Shown here: positions 24,011 through 37,152 of the stretch, piece after piece
Numbering within the stretch: position 1 is the stretch's first letter
Layout of the letters: each line of letters opens with the position of its first letter
Assembly: GCA_040143965.1 (NCBI GenBank)
Contig: JASJQH010006879.1
Span: forward strand, 1-64,000
From: Basidiobolus ranarum
Lineage: Eukaryota
Length of the DNA: 64,000 bases
Direction: 5' to 3'
The notes under the pieces: generated by a model
What the model saw: the letters and a program-made list of their open reading frames with translations, nothing else
Told to the model about the DNA's origin: nothing
The model's database searches: none
Translations under genes and position numbers: made by a program

Positions 24011-25928
24011 ATGCCTCGTGAAATCATCACCCTCCAGGCCGGTCAATGCGGCAACCAAAGTATGAGTTTCTATTCGAATATTTATCTGAAATTTATGCTC
24101 ATCCATTTGTATAAAAGTTGGAGTAGAATTTTGGTCTCAACTTTGTGCTGAACACGGTATAAACAAAGACGGGATACTCGAGGATTTTGCCGTAGAAGGA
24201 GTTGACAGAAAAGACGTTTTTTTCTACCAGGTTTCTATCTACAAATCTTATTTCAATTCTCGATCGGTCGTTATAACGAAGATTCTTATGAAAACAGGCT
24301 GATGACGAACATTACATCCCCAGAGCTATATTGGTTGATTTAGAGCCAAGAGTTAGTGAATAATATTCATTTTTTATACCCAGAATTGTACTGAGCTTTG
24401 TTATCGGTCATAGGTTATCAACAATATTACTTCTTCTGAATATGCAAATCTTTACAACCCTGAGAATATATTTGTATCTAAGGATGGTGGTGGAGCTGGT
24501 AACAATTGGGCGCACGGTTACGGTCAAGGAGAAAAGATATACGAGGAAGTGTTTGATATGCTGGATAGAGAAGCCGAAGGTAGTGAGTCATTGGAGGTAG
24601 GAGCTTAGTGTAAGCTTTAAGGTTGCATCAGTCACTGAATATCTTCCACTCAACTAGGGATTCATGCTTCTCCACTCAATTGCTGGAGGAACCGGCTCTG
24701 GGCTTGGTTCTTTTCTTTTAGAAAAATTAAATGATCGTTTTCCCAAGAAGTTGATCCAAACATATTCGGTTTTCCCCAATAACGAGGAGGTTTCTGATGT
24801 TGTTGTTCAGCCCTATAACAGTATCTTGAGTTTGAAGAGATTGACTCAAAATGCTGATAGTGTGGTATGATCTCAAAGAACAGTCTAGTTATATATCAAA
24901 TCAAGACTAATTAGATCAACCCTTCTAGGTTGTGTTGGATAATGCTGCTCTTACTAGAATCGCTGTGGACAAATTACACATTGAGACACCCACTTTCGTT
25001 CAAACGAATCAACTTGTACGCTCCTTATCATTTATCATCGTGGCATCAATGATAAGCTCAATCTCACTTCGAATTATGATTACTTTAGGTATCCACTGTT
25101 ATGTCTGCTAGTACTACCACTCTCAGATATCCCGGGTATATGAATAACGACCTTGTTGGATTGATAGCCTCTCTTATACCAACACCCAAATGTCATTACT
25201 TGATGACTTCGTACACCCCTTTCACTAGTGACGCTGGAGACATGGTATGTTTATTGATTATTACTATAGAGTTAATGTTTGTTCTAACACCCATGACCTA
25301 GTCCAAATCGGTGAGAAAAACGACTGTTCTCGATGTTATGCGTCGTCTTCTTCAGCCTAAGAACAAGATGGTCTCTACCAATCCCAGTAAGAAAAGTTGC
25401 TATATCTCCGCACTCAATATTATTCAAGGTGAGGCTGATCCCACAGAGGTCCATAAATCTCTGCTCAGAATCCGTGAAAGACGTCTTGCCCAATTCATTC
25501 CTTGGGGACCTGCTAGTATTCAGGTTGCACTCACTCGTAAATCACCATATATTCAGACTCAACATCGTGTGAGTGGGTTAATGTTGGCTAACCACACTAG
25601 TATTGCTTCGGTAAGTAAAGGCATAGTTTCAGAGTCACTCATCTAATTGCGTATTAACGAACTTTTCTATCATAAGCTCTTTAAGCGTGTTTGTGATCAG
25701 TATGATCGCCTTAGAAAGCGAAATGCCTTCGTCGATCGTTACAAGCAGGAGGCAATATTTGCTGGTGGACTAGAGGAGTTCGATGACTCTAGAGAAGTGG
25801 TTCAAGACTTAATTGATGAATATCGCGCTTGTGAAAGACCTGACTATATCAGTCATGTATGTATAATGTTCTTTATTACTCGCTAATTATTATTTCTAAC
25901 GTTACTTCCTTTCTAGGCTCAGAATTGA
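24011..25928 (+). CDS. TUB4: Gamma-tubulin, multi-exon
   Basis: [67 protein letters not shown] and [13 protein letters not shown]. Confidence 0.97.
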
Positions 25929-26649
25929 GAAGTATGTTGATTAGAATTTATGCTACTTTTCATTAGAGTTAAATTTGATATTGTAAAATACCGTAGCTCA
26001 TTCTTCACTTATTCTCATCTCCTTCCACGTACATCCACCTTCGTCTTAGAGAACAATAAATATTTCCTGTGATATTTATCTACATGTTCAGTATCTTTTA
26101 ATGCATATATGTGAAGAATCCTCATTTGAAGTTAATGAGGTTCATTTAATTTGCTTCCATCAAAAGAAGTTTGACGAGTATCACTTTGCGCCTATCAAGA
26201 GGCAAATCTAGAATATGCGGTTAGACAAGAGGGAGATCATTTATCCTTGCATGAACAAGGTAAACCGTAAAAGGAGATTTCGAGTGAGCTGAACTATTCA
26301 CCATGTTGCTGATGCTCTACTAGTGCAAAGGCTACTAAAAAACCTTTAAAAACAGTCACACAAAACTAAGGGAATACGTCCCTGAATACGCAATGCCTAG
26401 TGGTATATTATACGTTTGTGATTAATGCTACGAATAGTTGCTTCGAATATTATCCTATAAATTCGCAAGATAGACAATGGCATGATATCGTCACCGAAAA
26501 CTCTATTCTATATATAACACTTAGTTACACTTAGTCACACTAAAGCTATAAAGCAATATACGTTCGAGACCAAGTCACATTACTTAACAGTCAGATGATA
26601 AAAAATATTTAAAATGTGGTGGTGGTGCTATTTGGCAGTATCGTCTAAC

Positions 26650-28289
26650 ATGTCGAATACTTTCCATCTTATACTACCGTTAATATTCTTATTAACTTTC
26701 TTTGGACCTGGTTTTCAAAGTATTTCAATATTTCCTTATTTTAGTCTTACACTCGCACTTCACTATGTCACTCATACTCAGATTTTGCACGTTCTCTTTT
26801 TGAGTTTAACCTTAAGCCTTGGATCTTCCTTTGCCTACCTAGGGATATTACAAAACCATGAATGGTCTTTGAGTGAAACTTTAATCACAGTTGGATGCTG
26901 TTTTCTTATAGGCAGTGTATTGACACTACCTTTCGTTGCCTATAAAGTCTTCATAAATCGTTGGAGCAATCTTCATTTATCAGTACTTTCCTTTCCCGTA
27001 TCCTGGACAGGAGTTTGGATAGTCTATTACTATATTAGTCCAATTGGGAGTTGGGGAAGTTATGCTTATTCCCAGGTTGGTATAGAGCCTATTATACAAC
27101 TTTCTTCGCTTGCTGGCATCTCGGGAATCGATTTTATACTGTCTTGGTCTGCTTCGGTACTTAATCTCTTGCTAAATTGGGACTATTTTCATTCTTCTCA
27201 AACGACTATTGGAGAAGAGCAACCTCTATTATCTTCCCAGAATAGAACTAATTCTACACCGACAACTCATAAAATTTCATGGAAAAAGTTATGCACACCA
27301 ATTGGAATATATCTTACAGTCATGAGTATTTTACTCTCTTATGGAGCTGCCCGACACAATATTCTCCCCGGTTCGTTCTATATGAAATTCATTGACCAAA
27401 CCATTCCATCAACTGTAACATTGGGATGTGTCATTGGAAACAATATAGATTCTAAGCATTCGGAATATTTTGAGCAAACTCGGGATTTAGCATCCAAAGG
27501 TGGAGAGATCATTATTTGGTCAGAATCTGCCGTTTCCGTGGAAAACCCTAAAAGCTATGAAAGCTTAGTAAATCAAGCTCGAAACATTTCCATAACTTAT
27601 GGAATTTATCTAGGTATCACTTATAACAAACGGTATCCGGGTGAAGAATATGGACAGAATATGGTTACACTATTGGATCCTAAAGGTCAAATCGCTTACA
27701 CGTATCAAAAGTCACATCCTGTTGTTATGGTCGAGACTGATCTTGCTCCTGGGCCCAAAGTAATTCCTTATGTTGATACTCCTAAATACGGTCGTCTAGC
27801 AAGTGCCATCTGCTTCGATTTAGACTTCAATTCTTTTATGCGTCAAGCCGGGGAAAACGAGGTCGATATCCTTCTACAGCCTTCTTGGACATGGGGTAAT
27901 TGTTGCTTATATTTCATCTGTGTTATGTTTGCTAGCCTGTATTTATCTTGTTTTCATCAGGTCCAATCGGAAAATATCACTCTGAAATTCAGTCTTTTCG
28001 TGCGGTTGAAAATGGAATGACCATACTCCGTTGTAGTTCATGGTCTCCTAGTACGGTCTATGATTCTACCCATCACCTTTATGCATATAAACAGAATCTT
28101 GGAGTTGGATCAATGCTAGCAGAGGTTCCTTTACGTCGCCATACCACAACATTGTATACTATATTTGGTGATCTATTTGCTTGGTGTTGTTTTGCTACAA
28201 TGCTTTTATATATTACCGTTTCGTGGGTTCCTATGGACAGGATTAGCAAATGGCCTGCACTTGCACAACTCCTTCAAACACGAGAGTAA
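26650..28289 (+). CDS. Apolipoprotein N-acyltransferase (Lnt)-like membrane carbon-nitrogen hydrolase, 2 exons
   Basis: N-terminal TM bundle, WGSYAYSQ..PIIQLSSLAGISGIDF, nitrilase triad WSESA / QKSHPV / AICFD, then RAVENG and TLYTIFGDLFAW. Intron at ~27896-27960. Alternative start at 26614. Confidence 0.85.
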
Positions 28290-28642
28290 TATTTGTATAT
28301 TGGATAGCTCTATCCATATTTTTTTTGTGTTTCACATCTTGCAAAGTCGATATTATGAGAAAATGAGGGTTATCATATGTTTTCAATTTCTAAATTGTGT
28401 GCGATATGCTGCTTTACTTCATTAAAGAGTGTTCAGAATTCTTGCTGATCATTACAAGAATTCCTTACATTTCTAATCAGATGTGCATATATTCTTCGAG
28501 AGTGATTAAATGCATTCATTTGTATTATATATAGTTCAATAATCTCAACCCCAAAGAATACAGGCATACATTCACTGTTAGAGAATTGACTTTTATTGAA
28601 CCCAGAGAGTTGATAATTAATTTTCTGTTGTAAATATTAACA

Positions 28643-31304
28643 ATGCAAGCTCAGGCTCAAGTAAATCCTTTCTAGTATTGTATTAATTCAGCCATCATTT
28701 TCATCTAAAAATTCCTTTTGCTTGTTAGCAATCATCCAAACAGTTGGTAGAGACTCAACTACCAACGGAGCAACAAAGTTCTACTTTGGTGAAGAAACTT
28801 CTGCAGAGCTCACTTGGTTGTATCACTTATCTTCGGTGAGTAATTTATTTGTTAGTACATATAATGGAGAAGATATGACCAAGCTCAATCGTTTTCATAG
28901 TGCTCTTTTCCCCGAGGAAAACTACTTTACAGAGAATATAGGCAGTAATTCATGTTAGAGTATTTTCATTGTTTTGAATTTTTCATTACTAAGAGGCTTC
29001 AGAATTATCAATAAAGCAAATCAAACGAGGATTTTCAGCTGAAGGAGATACGCTCATTGACTGGATGGTAAAAGTATTTACATATCAATCTAATGTTGTA
29101 AGATGATTAACCTAAACCTTAGGAAAAAGGATGTTATCACGCACTGGAGAAGAAATATGTATGTATACTCACTTCAGTATTAAGAGACTATCAATTAATT
29201 TAACAACTTACAGTTGCGCTCCGTAATTTTGGGAATCTACCTTGATCCCAACGAGCCCACAAATCTTGCTGAAACCTATACTTTTGATATAACATATCCC
29301 GAAGAAGGAGAGACTAACATTACAATCACTAAGGATAATGAGGAGATAATGAGATTCAAATCCAAAGGAGAAATTAAGAAGGCCTCACAACAACTACTCA
29401 GGCGTTTGATTTTGCTCACGCAAACACTCAAAGTACTGATTGATATTGATATTTATTATTTTCCTATGTATTCGTTTTATTAATATCCATTGTCAGCCCC
29501 TTCCAGGTACTTTAAATCACATTAAATAAGCACTTTTAATGGGTTTGCCTTGAATTTGACGCTGTTATAGATAACCGATTTATCACTATGAAACTTCTAT
29601 ATTACGATGTTGCCCCTTCGGATTATGAGCCACCTCTCTTTAGACCAGAGGATCCAGATAAACGATTTGTATTTGAGGTTGAGCCAGAAAGAATTGATAT
29701 TGGTGAAGTGGAGACACCATACCATAGGTAAACTGGTTACTAGATATAACTTTTCTTTAGTCTAATTAATCATGAATTGTGACAGTCTCAATATCAAAGT
29801 TGCCACTATCTCCGACCATTTTGACGATCCGGAAGAAACTGACGAGAATTCCGAGATTCCGACTCAAGTGTTGGAAACGTCTATTCAGGATACCCAAGAA
29901 ATAACCAAACTGATAGCCGCATCATCACCAGATGAGCGTATATTGAGTTTGTCAGAAATAGAAGCTCAGACATATGAGAAAGTAGTATATGATGCAGAAA
30001 ATGAAGAGTGCACTCGGGATAGCTCCGAAGTATGTATAAATTAGAGAATGATATCAAGATTATAATTCATCAATTACTTTTTTTCCAAGGAAATATCTTT
30101 TACTCAGGCTACTGTGCCGATCGTACATAGTCAGGAATTAATTGCTACACAAGATTATTCGACATTTATTTCTGAGGTAAGAGTATAAAGTGTCTTAACC
30201 CTAATGATAGTCATTCTAATTAAATATTCAGTACTCTCTTACACCAAACAATACTAATACGACGATGACTTCCGAGAATCTAGATACTAATAGAGACTAT
30301 AGACATTATCCAACAGAACTAGATCCTATAGAATACTTGGAAAATCTCGCTCATAGCAAATTGCTGAAGTTGAGAATTGACAATGATGAACTCCCATCAC
30401 AAGTGACCTCATACCAAATGCAAGATGAGAAAAAAATGATCGTTCAATGTGTATGTGGATTGAATGAGAGTGATGGTGATATGGTAAAGAAACTAAGAAG
30501 ATGGTCATAAATTCATGCTATTTATGAATATGAATTATCTAGATATTCTGTGATTACTGTGGCACTTGGGGTCACATTGTTTGTTTCGGGTTCAAGTCGA
30601 AGGACGATTCAAGAATTCCAGATGTTCATATATGTTATGCCTGCAAATTTTCCAAGGATCCAGAGCTTAACCTACGGTATAATTCGAGAAGAATCGAGTC
30701 ATTAGCGATATGGAGACATTGTCTATCTATAATTTGGGATGAAGGTCTTGATTCGTGCCCTTTACTTGCGTGGAGATTAGGTTGAGTCATATTTATAATT
30801 ATACCCGAATATGCTTAGTCCCTTAATCAACCATATATTTAGGAATCAATACTCCAACAGCACGAAAGTTAATAAATCGTCTGTGCCGTGAGGGATTCCT
30901 GATTAAGACTAAGAAGGCTGGTGAACAAAAAATGCGAGGGAAGTATAGCTACCTGGTAGTAAAAAACCCGGAAATGGAAGAGATACTGGACCGCTATTTT
31001 AGTCAAGACCTTGATGTAGCTCTATTTCATTATGAAACAAAAAAAGTGAGTATTTTACTGCACAAAAATATAACATTGGTCTCACATTAATGAACTTTAA
31101 ATTGAAGCGGACAAACAGAGCCAGGACACTAACTAGGAAAAGATTATCCACCGAATGTGCCCCAAAGTTAACCGACAAGGTTAGTATTACCGAGATTGTT
31201 TATAAAGTACTAGTCAGTCTAATTGGTTACTATAGCTAGTTGAGAAAGACTCAAGAAAAAAGAGAAAGGTCTCAATTGCCCAAGACTCAATATCGGTGCT
31301 TTGA
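28643..31304 (+). CDS. HOP1: Meiotic HORMA-domain protein Hop1 with PHD/winged-helix region and C-terminal closure motif
   Basis: HORMA motifs CITYLRALFPEENY, LIDWMEKG, ETYTF, RRLILLTQTL and DYEPPLF. PHD motifs CVCG..DGDMIFCDYCGTWGHIVCFG..HICYAC. C-terminus RKKRKVSIAQDSISVL*. Confidence 0.88.
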
Positions 31305-31756
31305 ATGTAACTTCGAAAGTATGATATATATTTTTGTAACGATTGAAAAGAATTTCTTATTTTTAATAACACTTCTGTGATTGCTTTGGCACAAGCTGCT
31401 GTACATGAAATAAAGTCACCAATTTGCATCTTAGCAGACTGCTTGTATTCGTTAAACTAACCACTGATGTCTCAGTAGTTCATAAAGATGTTTGATTGCT
31501 ACGGCAGGAGCTTGGATTTTATGGTCCAAGCGAGTTGAAACGAAATCGAAGCACTTCAAAGCTAAACGAAAAATCATTGAAACAGAAGTGTTTCCTTAAG
31601 GATTGCTATAGATACAAAAATATATTATCTAACAGGGGCAAACATAAGTTTTAAATTAGTATTTGATGAAGACGAAAGAGAAGATCAGAAAGTATTTAAA
31701 GGATAGTTTACTTTCGGCAGGTTAGTACTATCTAAGATTGAGTCGATTGATGAATA

Positions 31757-32653
31757 ATGGTGTGTAAAGCTATTGCTATCTCGCTACTTCTTTGTCTTGC
31801 TTCATTTTCAGGTAATATATCTTTATATATGTGATATCTTTATCTTCCAATCCTGATCAATAATTTTGGTAGTACTTGTCTCAACACAGCAGTCGAAGGT
31901 CGTGAATTCGTTAGGGATATCACCTGGATGCAGATACTGTCCAAGGATTCGAATAGGTTGCTTCAATGGATGCAAATCTAATCAAACATGTAAGATATAT
32001 CCCAGAACCTGTGGTAGCTGTGCAAGAGCGGAATGCGTTGAAGAAGAGGCACATCCCACTCCCCCACCACAGCCTCAATGTGTGAAATGTCCACCGCTAT
32101 ATCCTGCTTGTAATATTCGTTGTAGAGGAGGATATACCTGTGGAGTTCAGAAACAGACGTGCTCAACTTGTGCTCATTACACTTGCGTGCCATATGGTGA
32201 TTGAAACAGCTTAATATATTGGTATCATGAGCTTATAGGCTAATTATTTTGTCGCTATTAGAAAGTACAACGTATACATCTACACCTACACCCACTCCTG
32301 AACCATCAGAACCCTCGTGCCTTATTTGCCCACAATTCATCGCACCTTGCAACTTGGCTTGCAAAAAAGGATATAAATGTGAAACTCAGAGACAAACCTG
32401 CACCTCTTGTCCTCGGAATGCTTGTGTACCAGACAATGGTATGTTGGCTTTCTAAATATTATCGGATGAGTAGTGTTTGACCTATACTTTATCTTTAGAC
32501 CCAACCCACACAACTCCAGATGATCCAAAATATGAAACCATTGAAATCCCGGAAAAAGTGGAATACGTTCCTGGTGCACTTGAAATTCATAATGATATAG
32601 AGATAGTTAGAGATTTTCCTATTGATGATCCTACAAATCCAGCTCTTTATTAG
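31757..32653 (+). CDS. Secreted protein with three 8-Cys repeats (Opy2 cysteine-rich-domain-like), 4 exons
   Basis: Signal peptide MVCKAIAISLLLCLASFS, three C-x2-C-x6-C-x3-C-x5-C-x6-C-x2-C-x4-C units with P/T linkers, and an acidic tail. No TM segment. Confidence 0.75.
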
Positions 32654-33010
32654 TGAGAAGTTAAACGAGGTTTGCTAGGTTGACCATCCTCTATAATAAA
32701 TCAATTCAAAAAACCTAACCCTAACCCTGTTACCCACCGTTTCATTTTAATGGTTCAAATCACACGCTCGGCATATATACGGGTATTTTCCAACTAATTT
32801 GAATTATGTCATATGAGACTTTTAGTGATACGAGACTGCGTTTATTGAATGCTCTTTGTCAGCAGTTATTTAACTCAAGCATTGTCTTGTCAGGGTATCG
32901 CTTTGTCACGTGCACTTATGTAGCCCTTCGTCATGTTCGTAAATTGAACTATATATATATTATAGGCGACCAATATACTGATTTATTATCTTCAGGACGT
33001 ACTATACAGC

Positions 33011-34320
33011 ATGGACATTCAAACTCTTTTTGGTGTTAAGGACAAAGTTGTTCTTGTAACTGGAGGAGGACGTGGGTAAGAATTAGACCTACTTTATCAA
33101 TGTTGTATAGACCTTTTTGTCACAAATTAACCCCTACTATTATAGTATTGGTTTGATGATAGCTCAGGTACGTATCAAGGTGTGAGTTATTTGAACGAAT
33201 TATTCTTTACGAAAAAAACTACTCTTTAGGCTTATGTTGCCAATGGAGCCAAAGTATATATCTCTTCTCGTTCCAAGGATGTCTGTGATAAAGTAGCTAG
33301 TCAACTTAACAAAGAAGGACCTGGACAATGCCTTAGTGTTCCTGCAGATTTACAACATTTGGAGGAAGTTAAAAAGCTTGCCAAAGAAATAGAGAAACGT
33401 GAAGGAAGTAAGTTGCCACCTTGATACGAGCCTTTAAGTAAATATTTTGCTAACATATCTTATAGAACTACATATCCTTGTTAATAATGCTGGAGCAAAT
33501 GTAAAGAATACTTTAGTACTGGCCATTGTTCTCTTTATATGCTTATAGTTTTTTGAATTATTTAGTGGGGAGCACCATTGGATTCATATCCTGACGAAGC
33601 TTTTGAGGTTAATACTTTAACTACTGATTATTTTCAAGTCGTATAAGAAGCTAAATTTTCAAAAACAATTATAGAAAGTCATGAATCTTAACTTGAAGCG
33701 TGTATTCAGTCTTACACAAGCGTATGTGTGATCGGTATCAATTTGGAGATGGTATTAAGAGCTAAACTCTTTATTTTATCTCAGAGTTATTCCTTTACTT
33801 GAAAAGACAGCGTCTCAAGATGATCCCGCCAGAGTTATTAATATTGGTTCGGTTGATGGTAATTTACTAATACTTTAATCAACTGTCATATAAAATTATA
33901 TCCTAATTAGAGTGGAATATTAGGAATTCGTGTTCCTGCATTGGAAACCTTTGCATACTCAGCTAGTAAGGCTGCTTTACATCATATGACTCAGGTATTG
34001 GCCAGTCATCTTGGTTCACGATTCATTACAGTCAATGCTATTGCTCCCGGGCCTTTTGAAAGCAAAATGATGAAAGCCACTTTAAGCAAGCACAGAGATG
34101 CCATTGAAGGTAGCAACCCATTGAAGAGAATCGGAAGACCATCTGACATTGGAGGTAACTATAGCTTTTTGCATTCCATCCAACAATGGTGAAAGAGATT
34201 TTGATATTCTTAACACGAATAATAGGAACTTGTATCTACCTATCCTCTCGTGCTGGAGCCTACACCAACGGCGCTATTATTACCAATGATGGAGGTGCTG
34301 TTGTGAGTGCAAAATTGTAA
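33011..34320 (+). CDS. Short-chain dehydrogenase/reductase (RhlG-like) with a PTS1 (-AKL)
   Basis: VTGGGRGIG, LVNNAG, YSASK and VNAIAPG. The gene ends GCA AAA TTG TAA. Confidence 0.9.
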
Positions 34321-34724
34321 TTTACTGGAGTTCATTAAAAGACTCACTGTCCTCACTTCTGTTGAATAAAATTATTTGTTCTTTGACTTCAATTATATCA
34401 GTGGCCAAGAGTATAGATTCAACAGATAGTGTACAGTGTATAGCAGTGTATACGATAGCTATCGAGTCTTTAGCATTGTGACCATCGAATGATTTAAATC
34501 AAGCTGCATCTATAGATTAACTTTAATATATTTTCTTAATTGGGAAATGCTTGTTGTGTTCAGGGTTGGGAGGATACGACCATTCACCATTTATAGTAAA
34601 ATCCATCTTGGAATAGAAATGAGTCAAGATTACGAGGATTCAAAGTCGAAGTAGTTATTTCTACGGTGACGGTGACTTTTTCTACAACATTCACTCCTTT
34701 CTTTGCTCCTTAACATCAAGAAAA

Positions 34725-36597
34725 ATGACCATAACTCAATTATTGAAGCGTCAGCTAAGTAAGTCTAGTCACCATAATATTGCTCACTAAAAATTATTAA
34801 AGTGAACTTTTCCTTCGGTTGACAAAGGTACGGGAAAAATAAAGCCTCTTCAAGGTATTCGAGTACTGGAAATGGGTCAGGTAAGAACTACTATGGTTCC
34901 TATACGAATATTTATTTGAATGGTCATTCTTTGACTGGATTTTAGTAATGACAGGAATATTAACCGCTCTTTACTAGCTAATTGCTGGACCCTTTACTGG
35001 TACTATCCTAGGATATTATGGCGCAGGTAAGTTCAGAAAGATTCCAAGATATTTATTTATATATATTCACTAGTTTGACCTTTGGAGTTAGAAGTGGTAA
35101 AATCAAGAATATCTCTCAACTCCCTACCTTACTCTACTTAACCTTGTTAAATCATCAAGATTAAAGTAGAGCCCATTCGAGGCGGTGATCCAATCAGAAT
35201 ATGGAGAGATTTGGATAAAGATGGCGTGTCTCCATGGTTTCGTTCACTTGGAAGAAATAAGAAATCATGCACTATTGATCTGAAGACATCTCAAGGACAA
35301 GAGTAAGTGAACACATGAGCCTATCGTTACTGGTTAAATATTCATATTTTGTTTAAGATTAGTCAAACAATTGGCTCAGAAGTCAGATGTATTAATTGAG
35401 AACTTTCGACCTAATACAATGGAGAAATGGGGCTTAGGTCCAGGTAAAGGATCTCACCAACCCTTCGATGATATTCTTCTTTTAATCCATTTTACTTTCT
35501 ATTGGAAACAGATGAGATTTACAAACTTAACCCAGATTTGGTTTATACAAGAGTTTCAGGGTATGGACAAACTGGCCCTTATTCCAGCCGTCCAGGATTT
35601 GCGTCTGTGTGTGAGGTAGGGTCTTGGAATCAAGCACATCCAAGCCGATAGAAAACTCACCTCAATTTCTATTGCAGGGAATGGGTGGATTCAGATACGT
35701 CAACGGATTTCCAGGTGAAGCACCAGTTCGACCTAATATGAGTTTAGGTGATTCTTTGGCTGGGCTTCATGCAGCCCTTGGCGTTTTACTAGGATTGATA
35801 GCAAGGGACAAGTTGAAAAAAGAACAGTTTCTCAATCCAAGTAGTGGAACCAGCAAAACTGGACAAGTAGTAGATGTAGCAATTTATGAAAGTGTATTCA
35901 ATATGATGGAATCTATTGTACCCGACTATGACAGATTTGGAAAGGTCAATCATACGAAATAATAATATGCTATCGACTCTTCATTAATTCTGTGATATTA
36001 GGTTAGAGAAGCTTCTGGAACTACCTTGACTGGAATTGTACCTACCAATGTGTATCAGTGCAAAGATGAGAAATTCGTCATCATCGGTGGAAATGGTGAC
36101 TCTATTTACAAGAGATTGATGACCACTGCGGGAAGACCCGACCTGGTAAGTCAAAGCCCTCGTTAACACAGGATATCTCTTAATGATGAACTTTCTTCTC
36201 CCAGACAACAAAAGATTATGAAAATAATGCGGATAGAGTTAAACACCAGTCTGTAATTGATGGAGCTATTTCCGATTGGACAAGAAGTCTCACCTCCTCT
36301 CAAGTACTTGAACATCTAGACATCGCTAACGTACCAGCTGGTAGAATTTATAATGCTGAAGATATTGTTACAGACGAGCAATACAAATCACGAAACATGA
36401 TAGAAACAGTCGATGTAAATGGATCCCCTTTGAAAATCCCTGCTATAACTCCTAAGCTTTCCGAAACTCCGGGATCAACCGAATGGGCTGGCCCTGATTT
36501 GGGTCAACATAATCGAGAGGTTTTCCTAGAACTGCTCGGCATCCCAGAGGAGAAGGTGAACCAGTTGGTAAAGGAAAATGTCATCGGTAAATTATAA
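34725..36597 (+). CDS. Family III (CaiB/BaiF) CoA-transferase, SUGCT-like, multi-exon
   Basis: PLQGIRVLEMGQLIAGP, GAEVIKVEP, GRNKKS, DVLIENFRP, VSGYGQTGP, LGDSLAG and GPDLGQHN. Confidence 0.9.
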
Positions 36598-37152
36598 CAG
36601 AGTGGTCACTGATCAGCATTTTGGCATTGCATAATAAAAGGTTTTGAAAGATATATACACTTAGCATTCAATTCAATACTTGCATGATTTATTATCTATC
36701 CATTCACTTTTGACCTGCCATATTGCCTCTGATTCGTGTACACGTCAACTAGGATTTGTTTACAGTTATGCAATTAACGAATGGAAAAATGAAAATGTTC
36801 CAATTTACTGCCAAGATTCCATTCTCTTAGATTCCTATTACTAAATATAAGCTGCAGTGTTGATGTCATAGCTGGTAACGATGTTGATAATGTTCAACTA
36901 GGTTGTGTCAAATGTCTTTCCACTAGTGGCTTACACTTTGATGCAAAATCTTTCAAGTATTGAGTCAGCATTTCACTGCGCACATATACTATGCTGAGTT
37001 CGAAATAGAGTTCTATGGCATCATACGCTTTTCAGTGTAATATCTATATAAGCCCATAGTGTTGCGAAAATCATGAATATTCAATTAACCATTTAACTGA
37101 TATACCCCTCAAAGGGCTTCTTTAGCTACACTTCATCTTCCTTCCTCTAGAA

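Noticed and set aside
33472-33480. ATATCCTT resembling a U12-type intron donor
   Set aside because: It lies inside the SDR coding motif HILVNNAG. I found no convincing minor-class intron in the window.
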